Below, in pieces: positions 37,642 to 48,429 of a stretch of DNA of 64,000 bases. The notes beneath the pieces are model-generated. The model worked only from the letters and a program-made list of their open reading frames with translations, was not told where the DNA came from and did no database searches. Every line of letters begins with the position of its first letter. Positions within the stretch are counted from its first letter, which is position 1. The position numbers and the translations under genes are program-made. The DNA lies in the IMG/VR virus record IMGVR_UViG_3300046507_000773, positions 162,811 through 226,810 of that record; one strand, 5' to 3'.

Positions 37642-38568
37642 ATGAAACCATTCGATTACGTGGCATCCCTGCTGCCGACTTTCACCAAGAACCGTGTCAT
37701 TGAAGATGCTCGCGCTACCCGCGAAGAGCTCGACGATGTCGTGGCGCCTTCGTACGAGCAGGCCCTCAAGGTCTTCACCCGCTACAAGTTCAAGAGCGCT
37801 GAACTGGACGTGCTCGAAAACACGTTCCACCGCATGCACCCGCACGCTTCGGAGAACATGGTCGTCTCCATCGAAAAGGGCATGAAAGAGATCCTGAAGA
37901 ACATCAAGGAACTCGAAGAAGTCATCGAGCAGACCTACAACAACGAAGTGGCCGGCCTCGGTCTGTCGTATCGTAAGGCCAACCTGCTGCAACTGCTGGA
38001 AGCCTACACCTTCGTTTCGCGTTACGCTCGCAAGTTCCTGACCTACGCATACCTGTGCGAAACTGCAGTCCTCGACGCAGAAGGCCAGGGCGTGAAGCCG
38101 GAAGTGGCAAGCGAAATCATCAAGTCGCAAACCATCCCGGCAGACGTCGACTACCTGAAGCAGAACGTCGTCTACTTCAGCAGCTGCTTCCTGATCTGCG
38201 CCAGCCTTGGCAAGCACAAGGATCTGGCCAAGGTCATCGAAGAAGTGCCGGACGTTGTCATCACCAAGGACAACGAGCACACCCTGACCGCGACGCAAGG
38301 CATCGAGAAGGTCGACCCGTTCCGCATGGGCTTCATCCCCGTGTGGCTGAACCCGGTCTACCACGTCGGCATGCTGGTCGCTGAATGGCAAGCGGCCCGC
38401 TACAAAGCTGCGCAAGAAGAACTGCGCACCCTGCAACTGCGTAAGCTCAACCTCGAGAAGAAACTCGAAGGCAAGAGCGACGCCAAGATCGAACAACAGA
38501 TCAGCTACATGCAAAAGCGTGTGGACGATCTGGAGTACAAGATCGTGAAGATGGAAAAGAAAGGATAA
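37642..38568 (+). CDS. Head/inner body protein (gp90-like)
   Basis: C-terminal coiled coil (LQLRKLNLE...), biased codons, synteny. Confidence 0.65.
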   Translation: MKPFDYVASLLPTFTKNRVIEDARATREELDDVVAPSYEQALKVFTRYKFKSAELDVLENTFHRMHPHASENMVVSIEKGMKEILKNIKELEEVIEQTYNNEVAGLGLSYRKANLLQLLEAYTFVSRYARKFLTYAYLCETAVLDAEGQGVKPEVASEIIKSQTIPADVDYLKQNVVYFSSCFLICASLGKHKDLAKVIEEVPDVVITKDNEHTLTATQGIEKVDPFRMGFIPVWLNPVYHVGMLVAEWQAARYKAAQEELRTLQLRKLNLEKKLEGKSDAKIEQQISYMQKRVDDLEYKIVKMEKKG

Positions 38569-38572
38569 CACC

Positions 38573-39193
38573 ATGACCGGTACTGCACCGTTGTTTCGCA
38601 TGTACCCTCGTGGCTTTCTGGGTGGCTTCCCGCCACCCTCCATCGAGCGTACCCAGCCGGTGATCGACCGTCCGCTTTTCGATCACCAATACCGCCTCAA
38701 CATCCTGCGTCCTGCAGACACTACCACGGTGCCGCATCCGATCGTGGAGTCGCTGTATTCCAAGTACATCAACCATGCACTGGAATCGGAAACCTTCGAG
38801 TTCCGTAAGCAAGTCTTGCAAACAGCGCTGGCAGCCTTTGGCACGGACCGTTTTGACCGCTGGTATGTTCAGCAGCTCTACAGCCCGGCTTTCGGCGACA
38901 TGCACAGCCGCTTCCTGGACGACACCTTCAACTTCATCTCCGGCAAACGTCGTGAGATGAGCACGATGACCTGGTCGCGCCTCATCGAAATGGGTGCCAA
39001 CGATGGCGTCAATGCGAAAGCATCCGACATCGCTACCCGCTTCTTCGACCTCAATCATCTGACGGGAAGTGACGAAGCGACCTGCGTGACGGTCAACGTC
39101 AATCTGGTCGACGCGCTCCAGACGTGGCTTTCCAACCCTGGCGGCTTTGAGGACCTCCTCATGACGCTGAACATTTTGTTCGGCAGCTACTAG
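38573..39193 (+). CDS. Conserved protein (gp91-like)
   Basis: 206 aa, SD AAGGA, synteny. Confidence 0.55.
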   Translation: MTGTAPLFRMYPRGFLGGFPPPSIERTQPVIDRPLFDHQYRLNILRPADTTTVPHPIVESLYSKYINHALESETFEFRKQVLQTALAAFGTDRFDRWYVQQLYSPAFGDMHSRFLDDTFNFISGKRREMSTMTWSRLIEMGANDGVNAKASDIATRFFDLNHLTGSDEATCVTVNVNLVDALQTWLSNPGGFEDLLMTLNILFGSY

Positions 39194-39300
39194 GTACTTT
39201 TTATAGATAGTATAGTGACTACGCTATATCTGTCATCAAAAGAACCCTGCGCGGGATGTAGTACCCATCTTTTAAACTATTGCAATAGGAGTATCACCTC

Positions 39301-40641
39301 ATGGCACGTCAATTCTTCAAGAAGGGCGCAGTCGCTCTGCTGGATAACGAAGACGAAAACCTCAATGCCGACGCAGCTGCTGCGCCTGCCGACAACGCGA
39401 ACTCGCTCGAGACCGACATGGTCGAAGTGGCCGACTCGGCCGCTGAAGGCGACGCCGAAGACGCGACCCTGGACGAAGCAGTCGACACCAAGGAAGCCCT
39501 GGAGCACTACAAGGCCGCCCTGGAAAGCTACATCGCCGAAGGCGGTATCGACCAGCGCGCTGCCCGCCTGATGAACATCGGCCTGGAACACCTGTCCGAG
39601 CGTCAAGGCTTCAAGGACAGCGGCGCCGGCAAGGTCTCGCTGGAATCGTTCAGCGGCGTCTCGAGCCGTGGCCGTGGCACCGCCCTGGCCCTGGAAGACA
39701 TCAAGGAACGCATCGCCAAGGTCTGGGAAGCGATCAAGGCCGCCATCAAGCGCGCCATCGACTGGCTGAAGGACCACTGGAACAAGATGTTCGGCGCCGG
39801 CGAAAAGCTGAAGAAGCGCGCTGAAGGCATCGTCGCCAAGGCCAAGGACATCACCGGTTCGGCCAAGGAAGCCAAGTTCGAAAACGAGCGCCTGGTCAAG
39901 GCCCTGCACGTCGGCGGCGCCGTCCCGGCACAACTGTCGGCAGCCCTGGCAGCAGCTGGCAAGGTCGGCCAAGACGTCTTCGGCCACACCGCTGACTTCG
40001 GCGCCAAGAGCGGCGAAGCTGCTCTGGAAACCCTGCAAAAAGCCGAAGGCAAAGTCGACGACATCGTCTGCATCGCCTACTCGAGCGGCGTCCTGAAAGC
40101 CCTGTCGGCGTCGGATGCGACCGCTGCTGGCTTCGAAGCTGCACCGGAAGGCCTGGAACTGTTCCGTTCGCCGGAACTGCCGGGCGGCAAAGCGATCCTG
40201 GGTCGCTACCCGACCAAGTCGGTGCAAGGTGAAGCCGCTGTCAAAGCCTTCGCTGGCACGACCGCTGCGCTGACCCCGTTCAGCAACAAGGCTTCGGAAG
40301 TTTCGAAGACCGAGCTGGCAACCCTGTCGGCTGCTGAAATCACCAAGGTCGCCGAGACCGTCATCGAACTGGCCGGCGAGCTGATCAGCTACCGCGCCAA
40401 GGCTGGCAAAGCCGGCGAGATGAAGGCGAAGATCGTGGCTGCCTGCGACAAGCTGGAAAAAGCGGCACCGAAGGAAGACGACAAAGAAAAGGCGGCCTAC
40501 ATGACCGCCCTGCAAAAGGTCGCCCAAGCTTCGGCATCGTCGCTGGACAAGCCGGCTCCGCAGTTCGCCCAGTACCTGCTGGTCGTCGGCAAGTCGGCTC
40601 TGGACTACGCCGAAGAGTCGATGAAGCAGTACACCAAGTAA
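39301..40641 (+). CDS. Abundant internal head protein (gp93-97 paralog family)
   Basis: Acidic pro-peptide with repeated SLE/ALE/GLE sites; amphipathic W..IK.AI...I.W; extreme codon bias. Confidence 0.75.
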   Translation: MARQFFKKGAVALLDNEDENLNADAAAAPADNANSLETDMVEVADSAAEGDAEDATLDEAVDTKEALEHYKAALESYIAEGGIDQRAARLMNIGLEHLSERQGFKDSGAGKVSLESFSGVSSRGRGTALALEDIKERIAKVWEAIKAAIKRAIDWLKDHWNKMFGAGEKLKKRAEGIVAKAKDITGSAKEAKFENERLVKALHVGGAVPAQLSAALAAAGKVGQDVFGHTADFGAKSGEAALETLQKAEGKVDDIVCIAYSSGVLKALSASDATAAGFEAAPEGLELFRSPELPGGKAILGRYPTKSVQGEAAVKAFAGTTAALTPFSNKASEVSKTELATLSAAEITKVAETVIELAGELISYRAKAGKAGEMKAKIVAACDKLEKAAPKEDDKEKAAYMTALQKVAQASASSLDKPAPQFAQYLLVVGKSALDYAEESMKQYTK

Positions 40642-40729
40642 TCGTCGCCCGGCGCCGCTGGGGAGCGGGCCAAGTGTTCGCTCCCCTGTGATGTCTACCA
40701 TAACACCATTAACGAATAGGTTAAAACAA

Positions 40730-42076
40730 ATGCGTTCCATTCTGAACACTGCTCTGGAATCCTTCACCAACGGCATGGCCACCCAATACGGCAACCTGTC
40801 CCGCGAAGAAGAAGAAGTCATGGCCGCCGACGCGGCTGAAGCTTCGGACAACGCCGCTACCGGCCTGGACGAATCCGAGCGCATGCTCGGCCTGTCGGAC
40901 GGCCTGGAAGACCTGGCTGAAATCGCCGACGGCATCTCGGAAGCCTCGGAAACCGAAACCCAACTGCTGACCGTCGCCGGCAACATGGCCGTCGCTGGTT
41001 CGGAAGTCGCCCCGGAAGAAATCGTCCCGGCAATGGAAGGCTTCGTCGGCCGCCGTATCGCCACCGAATCGTTCCGTGAACGCGCTGCTGCCATCTGGCG
41101 CGCCATCCTGGCACAGATCAAGAAAGTCTGGGCCTGGATCGAGAAGTTCTTCTACAACATCTTCGGCACCATCCCTGGCCTGCGCAAGGAACTGAAGGCG
41201 CTGCGTTCGCGCATCGACGACACCTCGGCGAAGAAGCTGGAAGACAAGAAGATCACCATCTCGAGCGGCGTCAAGGCCGTGTCGGTCGACGGCTCGGTGC
41301 CGAAGTCCGACGGCGACCTGACCAAGGGCACCGGCGCCCTGCTGGACGCTGTGACCTTCGTGTACGGTCCGTACATCGACGGCCTGGCCAAACTGGGCGA
41401 AACCACCGCCGAGCACATCAGCGACTTCGACGCTGACAAGCCTGCCGAGTCGGTCAGCAAGTTCGTGACCTACCTGGAAAAGAACGACGGCAAGCTGTAC
41501 GACGTGCCGGGCGCCTCCAGCGCTTCGGGCTCGCGCTTCAGCGGCTACACCGCCAAGGCCGGCCACTCCCTGCCGAACAACGTCTCGCTGTTCGCCAAGA
41601 AGCCGAAGCTGGAAACCATCCGCCAGCACGCCAGCAAAGACCTGGCCGTTCTGGACATGTGCCGTCACATGGGCGTCGAGCTGCTGTCGACCTCCGAGAA
41701 AGAGAAGGACGTGCCGGACTCGTTCGAGATCAACACGATCTCGGTCGCGACCATGCACCACCTGATCGACGACATGGAAAAGGTCCTCGACAAGCTGGAA
41801 GACTTCAACCGCGGCAAGCGTACCGCCGAGATGAAGAAGACCCGCACCAAGCTGGAAACGGCTTCGGACAAGGCCACCAAGGCCGTCGAGAAAGCCGAGA
41901 AGTCGGAAAAGGCAGAAGATCGCGCCGTGATCGTGTACTACCGCGGCATGCTGAACTTCAACCAGGCGTACGCGCGCTGGTGCCAGAACCCGGCCGTGCA
42001 GCTGCTGAACAGCTCGCTGGCTTCGATCCGCGGCTACAAGTCCGTGATCGCCAAGGCCCTGACCGCGTACAAGTAA
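40730..42076 (+). CDS. Internal head protein (gp93-97 paralog family)
   Basis: ALES/AME/ATES sites, IW.AI...IKKVW.WI; paralog of the preceding gene. Confidence 0.75.
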   Translation: MRSILNTALESFTNGMATQYGNLSREEEEVMAADAAEASDNAATGLDESERMLGLSDGLEDLAEIADGISEASETETQLLTVAGNMAVAGSEVAPEEIVPAMEGFVGRRIATESFRERAAAIWRAILAQIKKVWAWIEKFFYNIFGTIPGLRKELKALRSRIDDTSAKKLEDKKITISSGVKAVSVDGSVPKSDGDLTKGTGALLDAVTFVYGPYIDGLAKLGETTAEHISDFDADKPAESVSKFVTYLEKNDGKLYDVPGASSASGSRFSGYTAKAGHSLPNNVSLFAKKPKLETIRQHASKDLAVLDMCRHMGVELLSTSEKEKDVPDSFEINTISVATMHHLIDDMEKVLDKLEDFNRGKRTAEMKKTRTKLETASDKATKAVEKAEKSEKAEDRAVIVYYRGMLNFNQAYARWCQNPAVQLLNSSLASIRGYKSVIAKALTAYK

Positions 42077-42105
42077 TCGTCCGCCGGCAGTAGCCTGTAC
42101 TCTGT

Positions 42106-42144
42106 AAAAGCCACCTGGGGAAACCTGGGTGGCTTTTATGCCGC
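42106..42144 (+). terminator. Terminator with TTTTATGCCG tail
   Basis: AAAAGCCACCTGGG-GAAA-CCTGGGTGGCTTTTATGCCG. Confidence 0.8.
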
Positions 42145-42190
42145 TTATATCCTTTAATGTCGATTTTATGACTCGTATTAAGGAACCCAC

Positions 42191-43741
42191 ATGCCTAAAT
42201 TGATTTTGCCCATTCCAGAGACAGAGTTGAGTGTCACACGGCCAGTCGTACTGGAAGTGTCGCGCAAGCTCTTCAAGGCCATGGGATTGAACCCGAACAC
42301 GCAAATCTTCTATCCTGGTGACGGGATCGATAAAGTACCGCAAGCTGGCACCACGCTTGGCGTTACTGAAACTGATGAGCCGAACATGATGCCCTTCAAT
42401 CAGCGTATCAAGATTGAAGTGGACGAACAGTACGAAGCAGATCGCTTATCGGCTACTGCCATTCACCGGGCAGAGAACTTTCCAGTCTTCTTTGATGAAT
42501 CGCTCAACACGGTCATCAAGCCGATCTACTCGTCAACCGAATTCACACTGAACTTCAAGTTCCGTGCTGCAGACAAAACGATCGCCAAACGTTGGCGTGA
42601 TGAAATCCGGATTCGTTGCTCGGATCAGCGTGAACTCTTTGAACACAGCGCAAGCTTCCACTGGGAGCCGCCTGTTGCGTTCATGCGCATTCTGAACGAG
42701 ATCCATCGCTTACGTGAAAACGTGCTGCCTTACGGTGAAGACTTCGCGACGTACTTCCAGAAGTACTCCGATCCCCGTGCTTCTATCCTGACGACCTTAG
42801 CCGGTACCGATGGTGCCTGGGAAATCAGTGAGACGCAAGGAAACATCATTGGTTACTTCGACTTTACTGGTGGCCCGGAAGTCGGCTCCAAAGAAGACGA
42901 TGGCGATACCTGGACGACTTCGTTCTCGTACAAATTCCGTTTCGATAAGCCACTGGCTTGCACGATGCATTACCCGATCATTGTGCACAACCAGATCCTG
43001 GGTCAACAGTGGCGTCCAAATGCACAAGAACTCTGGACGGCGCAAAAGCTCAAGAGCTATAGCCTGTCGTCGCTGGCCAATCAGTTTTTCCGCGGTGGCC
43101 AGCTGCCACTGGCTACGCTTTCTTACAACGGTTACACGATCCCGGAATTTGACGAGTTCCTTCCTCGGAGTGTGCCGAGCGAAACATTGCGTGTCTTTAC
43201 CGCATTGGTTCGGTTGAACTTGGCTGACCGGTCAGACCTTATCAACCTTGGGCAACTGGGGAAGATCAAGTTCACCGATGTCATCACCGCCTTCCTGAAA
43301 AAAGAAGCGGCATACATGACGAAGCCTTACAACTCCGTCTTTAGTCTGTCTCTGTACGACGAGGTGGCTCTCCAAGGCGGCGAACCACTCACGGTGGATG
43401 CTGACCTCAATGTGCGTAGTAAAGTCGATCTGGACCCGCGTCGTCAATACCACGTGCGCTTGGCACTCGTGACCGACTGGAACCTTCTTCCAGCGACTGC
43501 CATTAAACGCATGCAGGAAAGCGGAGCTGCTACGCTTGAAATCATCAAAGCGATTAACGCCAATATCGCCCCAGGTGGTCAGCTCCCAGTATTGGTAGGA
43601 CCGGGCTTCATCAAGAGCACCGACATCGCCAAGACAATCGACATCATTAACGCTGGCCTTGATAACCGAGGACAAAGCTCACAGGCAGGAATGTTCACTG
43701 TGGGCACGCTCTTTATCAATGCCCATCACAAGGAATCGTAA
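42191..43741 (+). CDS. Virion structural protein (gp98-like, neck/tail terminator candidate)
   Basis: 516 aa, SD AAGGA, synteny. Confidence 0.55.
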   Translation: MPKLILPIPETELSVTRPVVLEVSRKLFKAMGLNPNTQIFYPGDGIDKVPQAGTTLGVTETDEPNMMPFNQRIKIEVDEQYEADRLSATAIHRAENFPVFFDESLNTVIKPIYSSTEFTLNFKFRAADKTIAKRWRDEIRIRCSDQRELFEHSASFHWEPPVAFMRILNEIHRLRENVLPYGEDFATYFQKYSDPRASILTTLAGTDGAWEISETQGNIIGYFDFTGGPEVGSKEDDGDTWTTSFSYKFRFDKPLACTMHYPIIVHNQILGQQWRPNAQELWTAQKLKSYSLSSLANQFFRGGQLPLATLSYNGYTIPEFDEFLPRSVPSETLRVFTALVRLNLADRSDLINLGQLGKIKFTDVITAFLKKEAAYMTKPYNSVFSLSLYDEVALQGGEPLTVDADLNVRSKVDLDPRRQYHVRLALVTDWNLLPATAIKRMQESGAATLEIIKAINANIAPGGQLPVLVGPGFIKSTDIAKTIDIINAGLDNRGQSSQAGMFTVGTLFINAHHKES

Positions 43742-45066
43742 TGCCTCTTTTTGACGATGAAACACCTCCAGTAGTAGCGCCACCGGAGGCTGTCGTTATT
43801 CAAGCAACTGCGCCGGAGTACGACGGGATCACGATTGATACTCGTTACGTTCCGGCAGCTTCGCTCTTAACGCACGTTGAGGGCATGTCCTGGACGCTGC
43901 GTGCTTACTTCAGCCAAGTACTGGGACTCGACACGCCGCTGTCTGGTCAACAGCTGAACCTCTCGCCCCGTCAGCAACAATACATCCGCATCAACGAACT
44001 GGAGGTGAAAGTCTCCTCTGACTTGAAGCCGACGATGGACCCGGATGCCAATGCGATGGTGGCCACGGGTTCGGCAAATGTCTTTGGTGGCTTGCGTCCG
44101 AATATCGGTGACATGTTCATCGCGACAGACAACGACGGTCGCTTGGTTATCTTCCGGGTGACGAACGTCGATAAGAAGTCGATGCTCAAAGACGCCGTCT
44201 ACTCGATGGACTACCAGGCAGCGTACTACGCACAAGACGTGTACATGCGCGACTTCGAAGCCAAGACGATCAAAACGCTCGTCTTCGTGTCGGACTACAT
44301 CAACTACGGTCAGAACCCATTCCTGCAAGAAGAAGTCTACAACGACATCTCGCGCTTGAATGGCCTGTACCAGTCGGTGATGCGCATGTGGTTCCGTTCG
44401 TTCCTGTCCAACGAATACACCACGCTCCTGTTGCCTGGCCAAGAGATCTCGATCTACGACCACTTCCTGACGATGGCTGTGCAAGCTGTCTTCAGCACCT
44501 GGGATACACCTGAGGTAGGTAAGATCCGTCGCCTGAATGTGGACGACGATGAAACCATGCGTGGCACGACGCTTTGGAACGTTATCCTTAACTGCGATCG
44601 TTTCATGATGCAAGAGTGCATGAAGCGCATGGGTGGTGTCTATACCAAGCGTTTTACCCAGGAACCGATGCTCGAAGGCATTCGTTACAGTGGCGTAACG
44701 GCAACCGTTTATCCGATCGAACCGGTTCTCTCGTTTGATTACCAGCGCACAGGTAAGGAAAAGTTCGTGGACCAAGACATCGTTGTCAAGTCCACGATGA
44801 CCGCAATCACTGACGACACGGTGCCTTTGATCAAGCCAGTCATGATTGACGACTATTACGTGCTCTCCCAGGCGTTTTACGATCAGGCTGAAACGGGGCA
44901 ATCGAAACTCGAACTCGAGGTGAACAAATTCCTGGATGACGAGGCACTGGACAACCGTGTTCTCATCGCTCTGGCAGAAACCTACACCGGGTGGGGAAGT
45001 CTGGAGCGCTTCTATTACGGCGCCCTTCTCATGATCCTCATCAAGGCAAACATAAGGAGCATCTAA
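43741..45066 (+). CDS. Virion structural protein (gp99-like, neck/head-closure candidate)
   Basis: PNIGDMFI resembles the head-closure P.xGD motif; coupled start. Confidence 0.55.
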   Translation: MPLFDDETPPVVAPPEAVVIQATAPEYDGITIDTRYVPAASLLTHVEGMSWTLRAYFSQVLGLDTPLSGQQLNLSPRQQQYIRINELEVKVSSDLKPTMDPDANAMVATGSANVFGGLRPNIGDMFIATDNDGRLVIFRVTNVDKKSMLKDAVYSMDYQAAYYAQDVYMRDFEAKTIKTLVFVSDYINYGQNPFLQEEVYNDISRLNGLYQSVMRMWFRSFLSNEYTTLLLPGQEISIYDHFLTMAVQAVFSTWDTPEVGKIRRLNVDDDETMRGTTLWNVILNCDRFMMQECMKRMGGVYTKRFTQEPMLEGIRYSGVTATVYPIEPVLSFDYQRTGKEKFVDQDIVVKSTMTAITDDTVPLIKPVMIDDYYVLSQAFYDQAETGQSKLELEVNKFLDDEALDNRVLIALAETYTGWGSLERFYYGALLMILIKANIRSI

Positions 45067-45696
45067 ATGGTCGGGACTTACATCCCTGAAAACCAGCGTG
45101 ACCATCGCTACGGGATCTTTCACGTTGTCTACCTGTGCAAGATCCCGTACATCCACACTCGTTCGATCGAAGACCTGCGTCGCTTTGGCATGCCGTCCTC
45201 TGGCTACAAGGAATTTGACGTAGGCCAAGAACATCAACTGGAAGACCGTTACCTGACGATCAACCAGATGCTGCAGTTCTGGCTCGACGGTGTGACGGTA
45301 CGCGTTTCTAAGTACGAAGACACGGCAAAGATCTACAACGCCATCTCCGAGTACCTCCAGCACTGGCTGAACCACATCCGCAAAACCTTCTCGACGAACC
45401 ACGTCCCGGTGGATGACCTGCAAGTGCTGGACAATTTCGCCAACGTCGTGTACGACAAAGCGAAGTACAACTTCACGACTGAAATCGTGGAATCCGCAAT
45501 GCTCAAGAAGATCGACGAAGTCTCGATTGTCAACTTCGATACCATTCTCGCTCCTCCCAAGCCTGAGGTCAAAACCTACGGCGGCCAGGTCGAAGAAGAG
45601 GAACCGCAGGAACCAATCGAGATGTACCCGAAACGCGATGGCATGGGTCAGCTCTTCTCTGAAGTGCGGGCTAAACAACGTCGTAAGGCAATCTAA
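45067..45696 (+). CDS. Conserved hypothetical protein (gp100-like)
   Basis: SD AAGGAG, operonic. Confidence 0.55.
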   Translation: MVGTYIPENQRDHRYGIFHVVYLCKIPYIHTRSIEDLRRFGMPSSGYKEFDVGQEHQLEDRYLTINQMLQFWLDGVTVRVSKYEDTAKIYNAISEYLQHWLNHIRKTFSTNHVPVDDLQVLDNFANVVYDKAKYNFTTEIVESAMLKKIDEVSIVNFDTILAPPKPEVKTYGGQVEEEEPQEPIEMYPKRDGMGQLFSEVRAKQRRKAI

Positions 45697-47060
45697 TGGA
45701 AATCGAAACCTCGTCTCTTTGGGACCAGGTTCTCTCCGTAGTCAATAGCGATCAAAAGCCGATTCATCGCTATTGGGAAGCAGACATCCATGCCAACGGT
45801 AAAACCATTACCGCGTTCAAGGTTCTGAACATTGACACGGTGCGTGATTACGAAAATGATTACGCACCAGTTCTGATGCTAGACGTCATGATCCCGATGG
45901 GTGAATACACGTACCTTGTGTATCCCTTTCAGGATAAGCTTGAAATCACTCTGTACGGCACGCCTTTGAAAGAGACGGGCCAACAGGAGGATGAGGGGCA
46001 AGACCATAGTGCTGAGCGTTATACCGCAACGCTCATCGACAAAGGCAACCCCATGATGGCAAACAACGGGAAGAATACGCCGACTCAAGAGATCCTTGAT
46101 TTGACGAACATTGCTACCGTGACGTTTCAGCTGATGAACAAAACAGTGGAGCAGATGCGCACCATGTCTGTTGGCAACAACTTCCGCGATGAAACAGTTG
46201 AGAACGCCATTAAAAGCGTTTTGACGGTGGAATCGATGAAGGTGAAAGTCGATAGCGAATTCAAGCCTAAGGGCGTGGAGATGGTGGAAGCATCGAACAA
46301 AGCAGTCAAGCGGCAGATTGCGATCCCTCATGGGTTACCACTGGTTGATGTTCCGAACTACATCCACCTGCGTCAAGGTGGTGTGTACAGTGCTGGCATG
46401 GGTTACTTCTACGAGAAGGACTACTGGTACGTCTATCCCTGTTACGACACAACGCGCTTTACGAAGTCTGAGCGCACGTTGACAGTGATCAATGTCCCAT
46501 CCAACAAGTTACCGCAAGTGGAGCGTACCTACTTGCAAAAGGGTTCTTCGCTCATCGTCTTGGCAACAGGCGACTCGAAGTTCTCTGACGATTCAACCAC
46601 GAAGCAACTCACGCATGGTAACGGCGTGATGTTCTCGGACGCCTCCAAGTTCATGACGGACTTGGGCACTACCCAAGGAAATAAGCTGGTCGCTTCTCGA
46701 GGCGCACTGCTTAACCAATTCGTCGGGACCCAGCGCGATAACGGTGTGAACTATGTACCGCTCGCCAAGGACCACATTACTGCCAATCCGTTTGAGCAGT
46801 ATTCGCAGATCGCACGGCGCGAAGGTAGCGTGTACGGTTTTGTGTGGGACAACTCAGATGCAACCCTCCTCTTTCCTGGCATGCCCGTAAAGGTGCTCTA
46901 CCTGGAAGAGGAAGACGTCAAGGAAATCTACGGGGTGATTTTGAAGGTGCACGAGTACACTGAGCTATTTGGTCAAGGCTTTTCCAGTACGCGTCACATG
47001 ACGCGGACCATGGTTTCGGTCTTTACTCAGCGAATTGTGGAGGATGCGGCAACGTCGTAA
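45696..47060 (+). CDS. Virion structural protein (gp101-like), probable baseplate hub (gp27-like)
   Basis: C-terminal LLFPGMPVKV.Y pattern of hub/late-control-D proteins; synteny. Confidence 0.55.
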   Translation: MEIETSSLWDQVLSVVNSDQKPIHRYWEADIHANGKTITAFKVLNIDTVRDYENDYAPVLMLDVMIPMGEYTYLVYPFQDKLEITLYGTPLKETGQQEDEGQDHSAERYTATLIDKGNPMMANNGKNTPTQEILDLTNIATVTFQLMNKTVEQMRTMSVGNNFRDETVENAIKSVLTVESMKVKVDSEFKPKGVEMVEASNKAVKRQIAIPHGLPLVDVPNYIHLRQGGVYSAGMGYFYEKDYWYVYPCYDTTRFTKSERTLTVINVPSNKLPQVERTYLQKGSSLIVLATGDSKFSDDSTTKQLTHGNGVMFSDASKFMTDLGTTQGNKLVASRGALLNQFVGTQRDNGVNYVPLAKDHITANPFEQYSQIARREGSVYGFVWDNSDATLLFPGMPVKVLYLEEEDVKEIYGVILKVHEYTELFGQGFSSTRHMTRTMVSVFTQRIVEDAATS

Positions 47061-47068
47061 TTGAGAAT

Positions 47069-47108
47069 ACCCACGCTGCATGCCGGGCGTGGGATTCTTT
47101 TATGCCGG
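47069..47108 (+). terminator. Terminator with TTTTATGCCG tail
   Basis: CCCACGCT...GGCGTGGG then ATTCTTTTATGCCGG. Confidence 0.7.
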
Positions 47109-47175
47109 AAATTTAAAAAGTAAATGGATATTTTATGCTTTACCCCTAGTATTTCCCACCTTTGCAGGATTGCAC

Positions 47176-47811
47176 ATGGCAAACATCGACTATACCAAGG
47201 GCCCTGAAGACATTCTGATCGACCTGATCAACGACGCGAACCCGGATAATACCCTTACCCTGGCGCAGGTTGCTCTGTCGACCCCGTCGATTGTCACCGA
47301 CGGTACGGAAGTGGGGCCATCCTTCAACAATCGCAAGACGAAGCTGACTGTTTCGGCCATTCCGGGTTCGGGTTATTCCGAGTCCGTGGACGTGCAGTAC
47401 AATCGTCTGCACTACCGTGACGTGTTCCCGACGACCGATGCTGACACCATCAAGTATCCGGTCTCGACCCACACGTTCGATCTGGCAGATCACACCAAGC
47501 TGTCGGACCTCGTTCCGCAGATCAATCAGCGCTACGGCCTGACCCTGTCGGCTGACGACTTCTGGGAGATGCCTCTCCCGACGTTCGAAGGTCTGCCTCC
47601 CTACGACGACAAGTTCGTCAAGCTTGAAGCGTTGCCCGCCTCGAAGATCTTCATCGGTGGCGTGCAGTTGAAAGTCAACCCAAACCCGTTTGACCTGGCC
47701 AACATGCCGGTGACGACCCTGAACGGTCTGGTGTATCCGACCTGGCAGGTGAAGTTCACCAACTTCGTCACTGAGACGATGGATGGCGGCCCTGGCGTTG
47801 CCTTCTGGTAA
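47176..47811 (+). CDS. Fibre-base/pilin-like virion protein, paralog 1
   Basis: LIDLINDAN...GSGYSESVDVQYNRL and VTTLNGLVY shared with paralogs. Confidence 0.65.
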   Translation: MANIDYTKGPEDILIDLINDANPDNTLTLAQVALSTPSIVTDGTEVGPSFNNRKTKLTVSAIPGSGYSESVDVQYNRLHYRDVFPTTDADTIKYPVSTHTFDLADHTKLSDLVPQINQRYGLTLSADDFWEMPLPTFEGLPPYDDKFVKLEALPASKIFIGGVQLKVNPNPFDLANMPVTTLNGLVYPTWQVKFTNFVTETMDGGPGVAFW

Positions 47812-47836
47812 AACGCTAGCGTACTAGAGAGAACTC

Positions 47837-48361
47837 ATGTCCACCTTACGACCATATGGCGGTACCAGTGCCTCGCGCTTGACCGCCATGGTCAATAGGG
47901 CGAACAAGAAGAACTTAGTGTACGGGGTCGACTTCATTTTCGGCATCCCCATCGCTGATTCTGGAGTAGACGGGCGTAATACCAAAGTTGACGTGATTCC
48001 TTTGCGTAACTTGAAAACGTACAAAGCAGCAGACGTGTTCTACCAACGACTGCCGCTTAACGTACTGAACTTGTTGCCTGAAGGGTTCACGAAACCCGTC
48101 CTCATCCATGCTGTTCCCTTCCGCATCCACCAGATCCTTCCACGGATTAATGAGGCATTAGGCCTTGACTTAATGCCGGAAGAGGTTGAGGATGCTTTGT
48201 GTGAGTCTGTGGATGAACTCTACACACTGACTGTAAAAGAAGGTAGCTTAGCTTGGCTGGCCTCCTCCGTTGAATTCGTTGCACAGCACGTCACAGACAT
48301 TCCTTTGGAAAGTATCCTGACGGTAACAATACTTAACGGGTTGCAATACAAGCCGAAGTAA
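47837..48361 (+). CDS. Fibre-base/pilin-like virion protein, paralog 2
   Basis: MVNRAN...RNTKV...DVFYQRL; ends TVTILNGLQY. Confidence 0.6.
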   Translation: MSTLRPYGGTSASRLTAMVNRANKKNLVYGVDFIFGIPIADSGVDGRNTKVDVIPLRNLKTYKAADVFYQRLPLNVLNLLPEGFTKPVLIHAVPFRIHQILPRINEALGLDLMPEEVEDALCESVDELYTLTVKEGSLAWLASSVEFVAQHVTDIPLESILTVTILNGLQYKPK

Positions 48362-48429
48362 AAAAATACTTCATCCTATGTGAGTGTCCCTCGATACTCC
48401 GATTTCAAAACCCACATTAAGGCAAAATC

